The notes: generated by a model from the sequence alone, not told the origin. Positions 1-10,055 are shown, numbered from the stretch's first letter. The stretch is 64,000 nucleotides of DNA from an uncultured Gemmatimonadaceae bacterium (GCA_963781585.1 CAWAGQ010000011.1:288001-352000); one strand, 5' to 3'. Program-made: numbers and translations.

Positions 1-2
1 CG

Positions 3-869
3 GGGATCGACTCGGTCTCGCCGCGGCTCGGTCGATTCGACTACCAGATGGCGAGCGTGGACTACTTCAGTGCGATGGGCACGCGCATCCTGCGCGGCCG
101 GTCGTTCACCAGCGCCGATGGTGCGGGCGCACCGCGCGTAGTGGTGGTGAGCCAGCAGATGGCCCGCGTGCTCTGGCCGGGGGAGGATGCCCTGGGCAGG
201 TGCATCCGCGTTGGCGCGGACACGATGCCCTGCACCACGGTGATTGGTGTCGCCGAGGATGCGGTGCACGATCCGGTGAAGGACGAGCCGATCCGGTACT
301 ATCTGCCGTTCGATCAGTTTCCGCAGGAGACCGGCGCGATGATGGTGCTGCGAATGCACGGGAATCCCGCGGCAGCCGTCGAGCCGGTGCGGCGCACCCT
401 GCAGGCGGTGATGCCCGGCCAGCAATATGTCACGGTCGACCCGATGGCGAAGATGCTGGCGGCGCAGCGCCGCTCGTGGCGCGTGGGCGCGACCATGTTC
501 GTGGCATTTGGCGCACTAGCGCTGCTGGTGGCGGCGGTCGGTCTCTACGCCGTGATTGCGTACAACGTCGCGCAACGGATGCACGAACTCGGTGTCCGGA
601 TCGCGTTAGGCGCCCGCGACAACGATGTGCTGCGGCTGGTGGTTGGCCAGGGTGCGCGGCTCGCCGCCGCCGGGGTGGCGGCCGGGAGCGCACTCGCGCT
701 CGCGGCGGGTCGGTGGGTCCAGCCCCTGCTGTTTCACCAGTCCGCAAAGGACCCCGTGGTGTTCGTTCTGGTGGGGATGATCCTGATCGCGGTGGCGCTG
801 GCCGCGAGCGCGGTGCCCGCGGCCAGGGCGATGCGTGCCGATCCGAACACGGTGTTGCGCACGGAGTAG
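3..869 (+). CDS. ABC-type (MacB/FtsX, ADOP-like) permease, C-terminal part; 5' end truncated by the window
   Basis: 'YFSAMGTRILRGRSF', 'VGLYAVIAYNVAQRMHELGVRIALGA' and C-terminal 'DPNTVLRTE' are typical of ADOP/FtsX permeases; the frame is open from position 3. Confidence 0.85.
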   Translation, partial: GIDSVSPRLGRFDYQMASVDYFSAMGTRILRGRSFTSADGAGAPRVVVVSQQMARVLWPGEDALGRCIRVGADTMPCTTVIGVAEDAVHDPVKDEPIRYYLPFDQFPQETGAMMVLRMHGNPAAAVEPVRRTLQAVMPGQQYVTVDPMAKMLAAQRRSWRVGATMFVAFGALALLVAAVGLYAVIAYNVAQRMHELGVRIALGARDNDVLRLVVGQGARLAAAGVAAGSALALAAGRWVQPLLFHQSAKDPVVFVLVGMILIAVALAASAVPAARAMRADPNTVLRTE

Positions 870-1050
870 GACACCTGGGTCGCACCCGTACCGCAGCGTC
901 GCCAACCCGGCGCGCGCGTGGGGAGGTCGAGATAGAAACTCCAGAAGCGGAGCACGCCGTTCGCCGTGAAGAACGCGAAGCCGAGCGCCCGGGCTCTCCA
1001 TCCCGAAAGCCACGACACCTGCGGCCGTCGATCGATCATCGCGATGTGAG

Positions 1051-3015
1051 TTACCCGCCCTGTGGGGGAAGCGCAAATGCCACGATTGCGTCGCCCTCTC
1101 CAAAAAGGTCGCCGCCGCCCGCTGCGATCACCACGTACTGGCGCCCTCCCGCCTGGTAGGTCATGGGAGTCGCCCGCGCCCCGGCTGGCAGGCTCGCGTG
1201 CCAGAGCTCGCGCCCGGACGCGGTCTCGAACGCGCGAATCTGACGGTCCAGCGTGGCGCCGATGAACGTGAGTCCGGTGGCCGTGACGATCGGCCCGCCC
1301 AGTCCGGGCGATCCGGTGGGGTGCTGCACCGCGGCACCGTCCGGCGTGGGGAGATCCCCCAATGGGACGCGCCAGCGGATCTGTCCCGTGGAGAGGTCCA
1401 CTCCCACCAGCAGACCGAAGGGTGGCGGGGAGCAGGGCAGTCCCGACGGCCCCTTGACCAGACGCCGGCGCATGACATAGGGGGTGCCGCGCATCCGGGT
1501 GTACTCGTAGCCCGGCTCGCGCCGGAACCCGGGCGCATCCACCTTCTCGTCAGGCATGAGTTGCACCTCGGCGATGAGGGTGTTCACCGGAATCACCGCC
1601 ATGGCGCGCGCGCTGTCGGCGGCAGCGCCACCCCACGCCGCGCCGCCGATATTGGACGGACGTACGAGCGTGCCGTGCGTGCTGGGCGGCGTGAAGATCG
1701 ATCCCATGCGCAGACTGCCCACCATCCGGCGACACGCTGCGCGGTCGGCGGGCGTCGGGCCCCAGATGCTGTCGGTGGTGAAGCCGTGGGGACTGAGCGG
1801 TGGCGTGACTGTCGGAAACGGCTGGGTGGGCCACGCCTGCTCGCCCGGGACGTCGCTCGCGCGTACCGGGCGCTCTTCGACCGGAAAGACAGGCGCACCG
1901 GTCTCGCGGTCCAGCACGTACAGCATCCCCGTCTTGGTCGCCTGAAGCACCGCCGGGATGGCGCGGCCGTCCTTGATGATCGTGACCAGGGTGGGCGGTG
2001 ATGCATTGTCGTAGTCCCAGAGGTCATGGTGCACCGTCTGGAAGCTCCACACCACGCGGCCGGTCGAGGCGCGAAGCGCGGTGATGGAATTGGCGTAGCG
2101 ATTGGCGCCCAGGCGTTCACCGCCGTAGTAGTCGGGAGCGGCGCTGCCGGTGGGCACGAACACGAGATCGCGCGCCGGATCGGCGACGATGATCGACCAG
2201 GCGTTGGCCGCCCCGGTGCGCGCCGCGGAGCCGTTCAGCCAGGTGGACACGGCCGAGTCGCCCGGGTCCTGCGGGATGGGGTCCCACGTCCAGCGGAGCG
2301 CGCCGGTTCGTGCGTCGAACCCGCGGACTTCGCCGCTTGCCGGCGCGAGCCGGCCGTTGTCGGCGATGGCCGAGCCGACGACGACCAGTCCGTTGATCAC
2401 CGCGGGCGGGGATGTTTCCTCGTACGCCGGCGGCTCGAACGGGGCGACGCGCAGGCCCGTGCGCAGATCGATCGCGCCGTGATCGCCGAAGGCGTCGCAC
2501 GGCGTGCCGGTGGCGCCGTCGATGGCGATGAGCCGGGCGTCGATGGTGGCGATGTAGATGGAGCGACGGCACGCGGCGCCGGCGCGTGCCGATGGATCGA
2601 GCCAGGTTGCAGCGCCGCGGTTGGTGAAGTCGCCGTAGCCCCCTTCGGGGTTCACGTGGCTGTCGTAGCGCCAGCGTTCCGCCCCGGTGGCGGGATCGAG
2701 CGCGATGACGCGACCGAGTGCGGTGGTGAGGTACATGGTGCCATCGACCACCAGGGGAGTCGTCTCCAGGGCCGGTGCGCGTCCCCGATCGGGGTGAATG
2801 CCCATCTCACCCGTGTGGAAGGTCCAGGCCACGTCAAGCCGGGCCACGTTGTCCGGGGTGATCTGGGTGAGTGGCGAGAAGCGGGCGCCGCCGGGATCGC
2901 CGCCGTAGACCGGCCAGTCACCTGGCCGATTCGGGTTCGCTGGTGCGGAGGGTGCGCACGCGCTGAGGAGCGCAATCGCGATTCCCGGTGCGAGGATGCT
3001 CGTTAGGTGGCGCAT
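1051..3015 (-). CDS. PQQ-dependent dehydrogenase (glucose/quinate/shikimate family), probable lipoprotein
   Basis: 'DWPVYGGD..G.RFSPLTQITPDNV', 'HHDLWDYD', 'ATPMTY' and W-repeat beta-propeller motifs; start re-assigned to ATG 3015 (MRHLTS...LLSAC lipobox). Confidence 0.88.
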   Translation of the reverse strand: MRHLTSILAPGIAIALLSACAPSAPANPNRPGDWPVYGGDPGGARFSPLTQITPDNVARLDVAWTFHTGEMGIHPDRGRAPALETTPLVVDGTMYLTTALGRVIALDPATGAERWRYDSHVNPEGGYGDFTNRGAATWLDPSARAGAACRRSIYIATIDARLIAIDGATGTPCDAFGDHGAIDLRTGLRVAPFEPPAYEETSPPAVINGLVVVGSAIADNGRLAPASGEVRGFDARTGALRWTWDPIPQDPGDSAVSTWLNGSAARTGAANAWSIIVADPARDLVFVPTGSAAPDYYGGERLGANRYANSITALRASTGRVVWSFQTVHHDLWDYDNASPPTLVTIIKDGRAIPAVLQATKTGMLYVLDRETGAPVFPVEERPVRASDVPGEQAWPTQPFPTVTPPLSPHGFTTDSIWGPTPADRAACRRMVGSLRMGSIFTPPSTHGTLVRPSNIGGAAWGGAAADSARAMAVIPVNTLIAEVQLMPDEKVDAPGFRREPGYEYTRMRGTPYVMRRRLVKGPSGLPCSPPPFGLLVGVDLSTGQIRWRVPLGDLPTPDGAAVQHPTGSPGLGGPIVTATGLTFIGATLDRQIRAFETASGRELWHASLPAGARATPMTYQAGGRQYVVIAAGGGDLFGEGDAIVAFALPPQGG

Positions 3016-3130
3016 GCGGGCTCCGAAGCGAGGGACGCGGAGGAGAATGGCGGTCGCGGCACGGCGACGCAAACGGGATGGGAGAAACGGGACCAGCATG
3101 GGACGACCGGGACACGGCGGGGACGACGTG

Positions 3131-3175
3131 GGAGGCAGTGGACGCAGTGGAGGCAGTGGAGGCAGTGGAGGCAGT
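3131..3175. repeat. 9-nt tandem repeat (GGAGGCAGT) x5, one copy degenerate
   Basis: Read directly; lies between two divergent genes. Confidence 0.9.
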
Positions 3176-3338
3176 GGACCCTGGGGGACGGGCGGGACGA
3201 GGTGATACACGTGGTGCTGCAGCAATACCTTGACATCCGACAACAGGCGCATCATCCTGCAGGTTCGCGTTGTCGAATGTCTAGGTAAGGGGCACGCGGC
3301 TCCGGGCCGACGGGCCGGGTTCACGGAGGGCAGGGCGC

Positions 3339-6005
3339 ATGACCATTTTCAGACAGTTGCGCCGAAGGCTGTTCGGCCTGGTACGCCGGTCGCGCTTCGA
3401 GCGCGACATGTCGGACGAGATGTTGCATCACGTGTCGCTCGAGGCGGCGGATCGGATTGCGGCGGGCCTGACGGAAGGGGAGGCGCGGCGCCTGGCGCTG
3501 CGCGACTTCGGGGGTGTGGAGCGGTGGAAGGAGGAGGCGAGGGACGCCCGGGGTTTCGGTGGCTGGGACGCGTTCTGGCAGGACGCGCGTTATGCGCTGC
3601 GCGCCCTGAGGCGAGCGCCCGGGTTCGCCACGATCTCGGTGACCACGCTCGCGGTCGGCATCGGGGCAACGACAGCGGTCTTCGGCGTCATGAACGGGCT
3701 CCTGTTGCGGCCGCTCGAATACCGCGAGCCGGACCGCATTGTGCAACTTCTGTCGTACGATGCGGACGGAAGCGGCCGCGGCACCATCTCGGCCCCCGAC
3801 TACTACGACTGGATGCGGCAGTCCAGCGTGTTCGAGGCAGGCGCGCTCTACGACGAGTACAGTCCCACGCTGCTGATGGATGGCAGTGTGCGAAAGCTGG
3901 ACGCGGCGTCGGTGGGGGCTGGGTTCTTCGACGTCCTGGGCCTGCGGCCGGCGGTGGGGCGGTTCTTCCTGCCTGACGAGGATGCCGGCGGCGCCAACCG
4001 CGTGGTCCTGAGCTGGGGTCTGTGGCGCGACGCCTTCGGCGGCGATGCGGGCGTCGCAGGCCGGGTCATCAATCTGAGCGGCTTTCCGTACACCGTCGTG
4101 GGCGTGGCGCCCCGCATGGAGGAGCCCGGACTCTCGGGTGCGGGGTTCGGCGCGCCGCAACTCTGGCGGTCGACTCCGCAGTACTTCCGGAGGAGCGAGC
4201 GAGGGAGTCACTCGTTCACCGCGATTGCGCGGCTCAGAACGGGCGTCTCGCGCGAGGCGGCCGAGGCGTCGCTGGCGGCGATCGAGTCTCGTCTGGCGGA
4301 GACATTTCCGAGGGAAGACACCGGCCGCCGTGTCCGCGCGGCGTTGCTGACCGAGCAGATCGTGGGCGGTGTGCGGGGCGTGCTGTGGATGTTGCTGGCG
4401 GCGGTCGGCCTGGTGCTGCTCGCGTCATGTGCCAACGTGACCAATCTCCTCCTGTTCCGTGCCGCCGCACGCCGCCGCGAGATTGCCATGCGAACGGCGC
4501 TCGGCGCGTCCAGGTGTCGGGTGGTGCGTCAGCTCATGGTGGAGAGCCTCCTGTTGGCGCTGCTGGGCGCGGCGGGTGGTCTTGCGATCGCCGCTCTGTC
4601 CACGCGGTGGCTCGTATCGCTCGCTGCGGGCGAACTGCCTCGTGCCCAGTCGGTCGGCATGGACTACCGGGTGCTCACGTTTGCGCTGGTGGTCGCCTGC
4701 GGATCGGCGTTCGTGTTCGGCCTCCTCCCCGCGTGGCATACCGCGCGCGTGGACCTGCGCGCTGCGCTGGGCGGGGGACACGACACCGCGTCGCGTGGTC
4801 AGGGACGAGTGCGTCGGGCGGTTGTGGCGGCGCAGGTCGCCATGGCCGTGGTCGTCATGCTGGGGGCGGGTGTGCTGGGCCGCTCGTTGCTTCGGCTCGC
4901 GGCGGTCGATCCCGGCATCGTGGTGAGGCAGGTGCTCGCACTGCGCATCGATCCACCAGCGGATCCGTATGATCCGTCAACCGCCGCCGGCGAGACGGCG
5001 ACGCTGGGACTGTACGACCGACTCACGGAGCGGCTGGGCGCCCTGCCCGGTGTGCAGGCAGTGGGCATGACGGACCTCCTTCCGATGTCGGGAAGCTTCG
5101 ACGGGAACGGCTTCACCGTCGTCGGGCGTCCTGCGCCCGCGCCGGGTCATACGCCCTCGGAGGAGACGCGCGCCGTGAGTCCGGGGTACTTCCGCGCCAT
5201 GGGGATCCGCCTGATCTCCGGTCGCCTGCTGGAGCCGTCGGACAATGGCGCCGATACATCCGAGAACGTGGTGGTGGTCAACGAGGCCTTCGTGCGCCGG
5301 TACTTCCCGGGGGGCGGCGCGGTGGACGCGCACCTGCAGATCTTCGACGCGGATCCGCCACCGCGCATCGTGGGTGTGGTAGGTGACGTGGCGCAGTTCG
5401 CGCTGGATCAGGCGACCGAACCCGTGATCTATGTGCCCCAGTCACAAGCGCCGGTCTGGAAGCAGGACGAACCGTGGATCGTGCTGCGCACCACGACCGA
5501 TCCGGCGTCGCTCGCGGCGGCCGTGCGGGCGGTGATTCATGAGGTCGAACCACGGACGCCGGTCTATGCCACCCAGACGATGAAAGCGGTGGTTGATGCC
5601 ACGCTCGCGCGGCCCCGATTTCGCACCCTGCTCCTCCTCTCGTTTGCCGGGGTGGCCTTTCTGCTCGCGGCGATCGGCGTCTACGGCATGCTGGCCTACG
5701 CGGTGTCCGCGCAGATGCGCGAACTCGGTGTGCGGATGGCGATGGGCGCCGATGGCCGCCGCATTTTCGCGCACGTGATTGGCGAGGGCCTCAAGCCCGT
5801 CCTGCTCGGTGTCGCGATCGGGTTGATCGCCGGCTTCGGCGTCGTGCGTCTGCTGCGCGGTTTTCTATTCGGCGTGGGAGCGGCAGATCCCGTGACGTTT
5901 CTCGGGGTGCCGCTCGCACTCGCGACGGTCGCGCTGATCGCCGCGACGGGCCCTGCGTTGCGCGCGGTGCGCCTGTCGCCGACGACCGTGCTGCGGGGGG
6001 AATAG
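3339..6005 (+). CDS. ADOP-family duplicated ABC permease (MacB_PCD/FtsX x2)
   Basis: N-terminal permease-prefix 'ERDMSDEM..H...EARRLALRDFGG', 'DARYALRALRRAPGF', 'CANVTNLLL..RRREIAMR.ALGA', second FtsX domain; 888 aa. Confidence 0.92.
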   Translation: MTIFRQLRRRLFGLVRRSRFERDMSDEMLHHVSLEAADRIAAGLTEGEARRLALRDFGGVERWKEEARDARGFGGWDAFWQDARYALRALRRAPGFATISVTTLAVGIGATTAVFGVMNGLLLRPLEYREPDRIVQLLSYDADGSGRGTISAPDYYDWMRQSSVFEAGALYDEYSPTLLMDGSVRKLDAASVGAGFFDVLGLRPAVGRFFLPDEDAGGANRVVLSWGLWRDAFGGDAGVAGRVINLSGFPYTVVGVAPRMEEPGLSGAGFGAPQLWRSTPQYFRRSERGSHSFTAIARLRTGVSREAAEASLAAIESRLAETFPREDTGRRVRAALLTEQIVGGVRGVLWMLLAAVGLVLLASCANVTNLLLFRAAARRREIAMRTALGASRCRVVRQLMVESLLLALLGAAGGLAIAALSTRWLVSLAAGELPRAQSVGMDYRVLTFALVVACGSAFVFGLLPAWHTARVDLRAALGGGHDTASRGQGRVRRAVVAAQVAMAVVVMLGAGVLGRSLLRLAAVDPGIVVRQVLALRIDPPADPYDPSTAAGETATLGLYDRLTERLGALPGVQAVGMTDLLPMSGSFDGNGFTVVGRPAPAPGHTPSEETRAVSPGYFRAMGIRLISGRLLEPSDNGADTSENVVVVNEAFVRRYFPGGGAVDAHLQIFDADPPPRIVGVVGDVAQFALDQATEPVIYVPQSQAPVWKQDEPWIVLRTTTDPASLAAAVRAVIHEVEPRTPVYATQTMKAVVDATLARPRFRTLLLLSFAGVAFLLAAIGVYGMLAYAVSAQMRELGVRMAMGADGRRIFAHVIGEGLKPVLLGVAIGLIAGFGVVRLLRGFLFGVGAADPVTFLGVPLALATVALIAATGPALRAVRLSPTTVLRGE

Positions 6006-6011
6006 AAACGG

Positions 6012-6057
6012 CAGGTATCCGCGATCAGGTATCCGTCATCAGCTATCAGCTGTCAGC
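6012..6057. repeat. Degenerate heptamer array, family B (CAGSTAT-like)
   Basis: caggtat ccgcgat caggtat ccgtcat cagctat cagctgt cagc. Confidence 0.7.
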
Positions 6058-6163
6058 ATTCGGCCACCGCTGCGGCATGCCGCATTCAGAGGTCACGGTG
6101 TGCTACGTGCCATGAACGCCAGGATCCGCTACGACCTTCGGCTCATGAGCTCGTGACCTGCAG

Positions 6164-6652
6164 TCAGTTGAACCCATGCGACCTGCGCAGGCGTCGGTAC
6201 TCGAGCCAGGTGATACCGATGACGAACAGGTCGAGTGCGGAGAGCGCGAGCAGCCCGAGCGACTTGGTGTGGGTGTAGCGGTATAGTTGGTATAGAAGGA
6301 AGAGCAGGAAGGCGACGATGGCCCACCGATAGGCCCGGGCCTTCCGTCGTAACAGGGCGGCGACCAGTGCGACTTTGATTACGCCGTGGACGACCAGGTA
6401 CACGGCGCCGAACAGTTGGGTACTGGCGGACAGGTGCGCCGACGCCTGGAGGAGGATCCGTGCCAGAGCGTCTCGCGGGTCTTCGCTGAGCTCGTGCTGC
6501 GTCAACGTCGCTACGATGCCGGTGATCTGCGACCGGGTGAGGGCAACCAGGAGTACGCCGCCGGCGATCTCCAGTGCGCCGTCGATGCCTTTGACGACGA
6601 CACCGATGTCGAACAGGACGTGGACGAGTTCTCCGCGCCGGCGAATGGTCAC
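6164..6652 (-). CDS. DUF2127-like membrane protein
   Basis: 'KGIDGALEIAGG', 'HELSEDP.D', 'YLVVHGVIK', 'YQLYRY' with 4 predicted TM segments. Confidence 0.75.
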   Translation of the reverse strand: MTIRRRGELVHVLFDIGVVVKGIDGALEIAGGVLLVALTRSQITGIVATLTQHELSEDPRDALARILLQASAHLSASTQLFGAVYLVVHGVIKVALVAALLRRKARAYRWAIVAFLLFLLYQLYRYTHTKSLGLLALSALDLFVIGITWLEYRRLRRSHGFN

Positions 6653-6682
6653 GGGGCTCCGATGTCGCGCATTGGGATACGT

Positions 6683-6770
6683 CAGGTATCAGCTATCAGA
6701 GATCAACATGCAACTGTCGGCTCTCGCTCCAGGTCTTCACGCTGACTACTGACCGCCAACCGCAACCGGA
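6683..6770. repeat. Degenerate heptamer array, family B (forward then reverse tract)
   Basis: caggtat cagctat cagagat caacatg caactgt ... ctgacta ctgaccg ccaaccg. Confidence 0.6.
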
Positions 6771-6787
6771 CTATCTTTCGCCTCGCC

Positions 6788-7303
6788 ATGTCTCCACCAC
6801 CCAGACGGCGGCGCCCCAGGCGAAAGGCGAAGCCCAGGCGCCGCGTTCCCGAACATTCGTCGGTTCCGACTGGCCGGGCGGCGTATGCCGATACGCGCGC
6901 CTGGCTTCTCGCTGAGCACGGCCCGGTCTGCGCCTACTGCGGGCACACGTACACCCCGCGCTCGCTGACCCTCGACCATGTCGCCCCGCGCAAGGGACAG
7001 TCTGCGTACGACCGACGCGACAACCTCGTCCTCGCCTGCAAGCGCTGCAACACGGCGAAGGCCGACAAGCCGTTTCTCGTCTTCCTGCTGGCGCAGCGGA
7101 CGCGCGCCGAGCGGCTGCTCCGCTATGGCCAGCACCTGAGCAAGGGGATTCTGGACATCCTGCGCCACATGGCGCCTGACGTGATCGTCGAACCGAAGGC
7201 AAATGCGCAGGCGCAGCACGCGGGTCACCGGCCCGCCAAACGACACAAGTACGGTGACAGCGACGATTCTCCGTACCGGGACGACTCGCCGTACAGGACA
7301 TAG
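6788..7303 (+). CDS. HNH endonuclease family protein
   Basis: 'CAYC...LTLDHV.P.....DNLVLACKRCN' zinc-finger HNH (H-N-N) signature. Confidence 0.85.
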   Translation: MSPPPRRRRPRRKAKPRRRVPEHSSVPTGRAAYADTRAWLLAEHGPVCAYCGHTYTPRSLTLDHVAPRKGQSAYDRRDNLVLACKRCNTAKADKPFLVFLLAQRTRAERLLRYGQHLSKGILDILRHMAPDVIVEPKANAQAQHAGHRPAKRHKYGDSDDSPYRDDSPYRT

Positions 7304-7519
7304 AGCGTCAGCAGGCCAAAGACCACACCTCACCGACTGCCCCAGGTCTACACCGGGCTGATCTGCAAAGTCCCCGAGCGCACCGCCGCAGCCGTATATA
7401 TCATCACTGTCATCGCGGCTTCGACTGGTGCCGAGGCCGCTGCGACTGGGAATGGCGACGCAGGCAGTCTGTTCCCGACATCGGCGTTAGGCGGGCCCGA
7501 CCACATGATCACTCATCAT

Positions 7520-7633
7520 ACCAACCGGCGATGGAACGCCTGGTGCGGGGAGCGTCCGGCGTTGCACCGACCATGTACCAACCGGCGATGGAACGCTTGG
7601 TGCGGGGAGCGTCCGGCGTTGCGCCGACCATCT
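7520..7633. repeat. Tandem 57-nt duplication (54/57 identical) spanning a Shine-Dalgarno and TTG start
   Basis: Copies begin at 7520 and 7577; each contains GGGGAG followed by an in-frame TTG (7562, 7619). Confidence 0.9.
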
Positions 7634-8812
7634 CCGCATTTCGCACACCGCGGACTGCTCCTGCTCTGCCTGACGAGTGGAGTCGCGGGATGCAGCGGCG
7701 GCAGCACCGAAGCACCTGCCGTCGCCAGCGTCACGCTGACGCTCGCCAGCGAAACGCTGCTGCCGGGGCAGACCACCCAGGCGACGGCGGTCGCGCTCGA
7801 CGCGACCGGTCATACGCTGAGCGGCCGCGCCACCTCGTTTTCCTCGAGCAACACCAGCGTGGCGACGGTGGCCAGCGGCGGCACGGTCACCGCAGTCGCC
7901 GCCGGTACCACGGCGATTTCTGCCACCGTCGGTGGCCACTCCGGAGCCGCGCCGCTCATGGTGTGCCAGGCGGGACTCGAGGCGCCGGTTGGCGTGTCGC
8001 CGACCCTCTTCGTCTCGGCGACGATCGGCAACGACGCGACCGCAAACGGCACCTGTGCGGCGCCCTTCAGGACCATCACGCGCGGCGTCGCCCTCGCGCA
8101 GTCGGGTGACGTGGTGTGGGTGGCGCCCGGCAACTACGACGCGGGCCTCGGCGAGGTCTTCCCCATCGCGGTTGCGGCCGGCGTCAGCCTGATCGGTGAT
8201 GAGGCGAACAAGGGACAGGGGACCACGGCCACGAATGTGGTGGGCGGCGCAAACGTGTCGGTGGGAGGTGATTGTGGCACATACGGCGCGACGATCCTAC
8301 CGGGCGCGAACACGGTCATCGCCGGGTTGCAGCTGGCGAATACCATACATGCCTTCGATGCGATGACGCTTCTGATTCGCGCGAGCAGCGTGACAGTGCG
8401 CAGGAACAGCATCGTCAACAACGGGGGCGCCACCGCGGTCTACATCTGCAACAACTCCACCAACCACGTGATCACGGACAACGTGATCCGCGACAACGGC
8501 GGCACCGGACTCGGGTTCATTGGCGGCGGTGTGGGGAGCCGCGTGGAGCACAACGTGATCACCGCCAACCACTACGGTGTGGAATACGACTCGCCAGGCG
8601 GCGACCTCGGCGGCGGATCCACCGGCAGCGTGGGCGGCAACCTGATCTTCTGCAACACGATCAATGATCTCTGGACGAACACGCCGATCACCATCAACGC
8701 CGCGCTCAACCTCTGGGATCACGTGCCGTTGTCGGGCAACGATGTGTTCAACATCGCCGGCGCCACGATCATTACAACGGGGGCGGCGACCGCGCCGGGG
8801 AACTGCCCGTAG
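7619..8812 (+). CDS. Lipoprotein with Ig-like (Big_2) domain and DUF1565/right-handed beta-helix domain
   Basis: Lipobox 'GVAGC', 'SSSNTSVATV..GTVTAVAAG' Big_2, 'G.D..NGT.AAPFRTIT......G.Y....GE.FPI' DUF1565 pattern; start TTG 7619 inferred from SD (ORF track starts at 7505). Confidence 0.75.
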   Translation: MRRPSPHFAHRGLLLLCLTSGVAGCSGGSTEAPAVASVTLTLASETLLPGQTTQATAVALDATGHTLSGRATSFSSSNTSVATVASGGTVTAVAAGTTAISATVGGHSGAAPLMVCQAGLEAPVGVSPTLFVSATIGNDATANGTCAAPFRTITRGVALAQSGDVVWVAPGNYDAGLGEVFPIAVAAGVSLIGDEANKGQGTTATNVVGGANVSVGGDCGTYGATILPGANTVIAGLQLANTIHAFDAMTLLIRASSVTVRRNSIVNNGGATAVYICNNSTNHVITDNVIRDNGGTGLGFIGGGVGSRVEHNVITANHYGVEYDSPGGDLGGGSTGSVGGNLIFCNTINDLWTNTPITINAALNLWDHVPLSGNDVFNIAGATIITTGAATAPGNCP

Positions 8813-8976
8813 CGCGCGGGGACGTTCATTCGGTCGCCGGGCGTCGTCGGCCGCGCGCGGCTCTGCGTCGACCTCGAACATACCGAGCCGCCCGGCCGGG
8901 CCGGCCGCCGCCGACATGCCGTCGAGTGGTTGCGCAGGTCACGGGACGTACTCGACCACCGGCCGAGGGCGCGTAC

Positions 8977-9438
8977 TCAACTGCGGTCCCGGCTGCGTCG
9001 GAGATGGTGCTGGGCACCGACCGCCCAGGCCTCCCGCAGCCAACCTTCCACCACTGCGTCGACCTCCGATGCCGCGAACAGGCGAAAGTGATGGACGTGG
9101 TTTCGCGCTGAAATCGTGTCGATGCGGCGGAACCGAGGGTCCGGGCAGCGCCTCGCGAGCACGATGTGACCGTCCACCCAGGCCCGGCGGGGCGTGACCT
9201 GGGCGAACGACATGCGCACCTGGAACGCGATCCGGGTCTTTTCCGGGAGGACGATCACCGGGCCGCACCGGCGCGCGGCGGCCCGGACGGCATCGAAGAT
9301 GTCGCGGATCTGACGCGGCTTGCCGCGAAAATGGGAGGCCAGCGTGTAGCGGCCGCAGGCGTGCGACTGTCGCTTGCTGGCGAATCGGCGCCCGCAATCG
9401 GGACAGCGCCAGAGGGGGCGACCGGCGGGCGATGACAT
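8977..9438 (-). CDS. DUF5655-like protein with N-terminal CxxC..H.C zinc-finger motif
   Basis: 'WRCPDCGRRF....SHAC', 'KTRIAFQVRMSFA', 'WLREAW'; start ATG 9438. Confidence 0.7.
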   Translation of the reverse strand: MSSPAGRPLWRCPDCGRRFASKRQSHACGRYTLASHFRGKPRQIRDIFDAVRAAARRCGPVIVLPEKTRIAFQVRMSFAQVTPRRAWVDGHIVLARRCPDPRFRRIDTISARNHVHHFRLFAASEVDAVVEGWLREAWAVGAQHHLRRSRDRS

Positions 9439-9446
9439 CCGGAAGC

Positions 9447-10055
9447 CTAACGAGAATCGTTGTCCGTGGCCGACAACGTGTGCCCGGCCCGGCCGGCATC
9501 TCCGGCGCGCGATGCGGCAGCACGCCAGTCCCGGCGCAGCAGCGCATACCGCGCCACGTCTTCGAACCGCCCGTTCTTCAGGAGGTATTCGCGGTGCACG
9601 CCCTCGAGCGCCAGGCCCGACTTCTGCATGACCCGGCCTGACGCGGGGTTGCGCGTCAAATACATGGCCTGAATGCGGTTCAGGTCGAGTCGCTCGAACC
9701 CCAGGGCGATGACGGCATGTGTCGCTTCGGTCGCGAGACCGCGTCCCCAGAACGGAACGCCGATCCAGTACCCGAGCTCGGCCCGCCGATGCGCCGCCGT
9801 CAGCGTGAGGCTGATGGCTCCCACCAGCGCCCCGTCCATCGTGACGGCGTAGCTGGCCAGCTCGCCCACCTCCCAGCCCGGAGCGTGGGTGGCGATCCAG
9901 AGCGGGGCCGCACCTCGGGGATACGGATGGGGAATGGTCAGGGTGGTATCGGCCACCTCGAAGGCGCCGGCCATCCGCTCCACGGCGGGAGCATCGGCGG
10001 GCGCGAACGGGCGCAGCGTCAGGCGGTCGGTGGTGAGAATGGGCTGCGGAAACAT
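9447..10055 (-). CDS. GNAT family N-acetyltransferase (RimJ/RimL type)
   Basis: 'TDRLTLRP', 'AELGYWIG..FWGRGLATEA', 'NPASGRVMQKSG'. Confidence 0.9.
   Translation of the reverse strand: MFPQPILTTDRLTLRPFAPADAPAVERMAGAFEVADTTLTIPHPYPRGAAPLWIATHAPGWEVGELASYAVTMDGALVGAISLTLTAAHRRAELGYWIGVPFWGRGLATEATHAVIALGFERLDLNRIQAMYLTRNPASGRVMQKSGLALEGVHREYLLKNGRFEDVARYALLRRDWRAAASRAGDAGRAGHTLSATDNDSR

Noticed and set aside
7520..7633. Possible mini-CRISPR next to the HNH gene
   Set aside because: Two directly abutting copies with no unique spacer, and no cas genes
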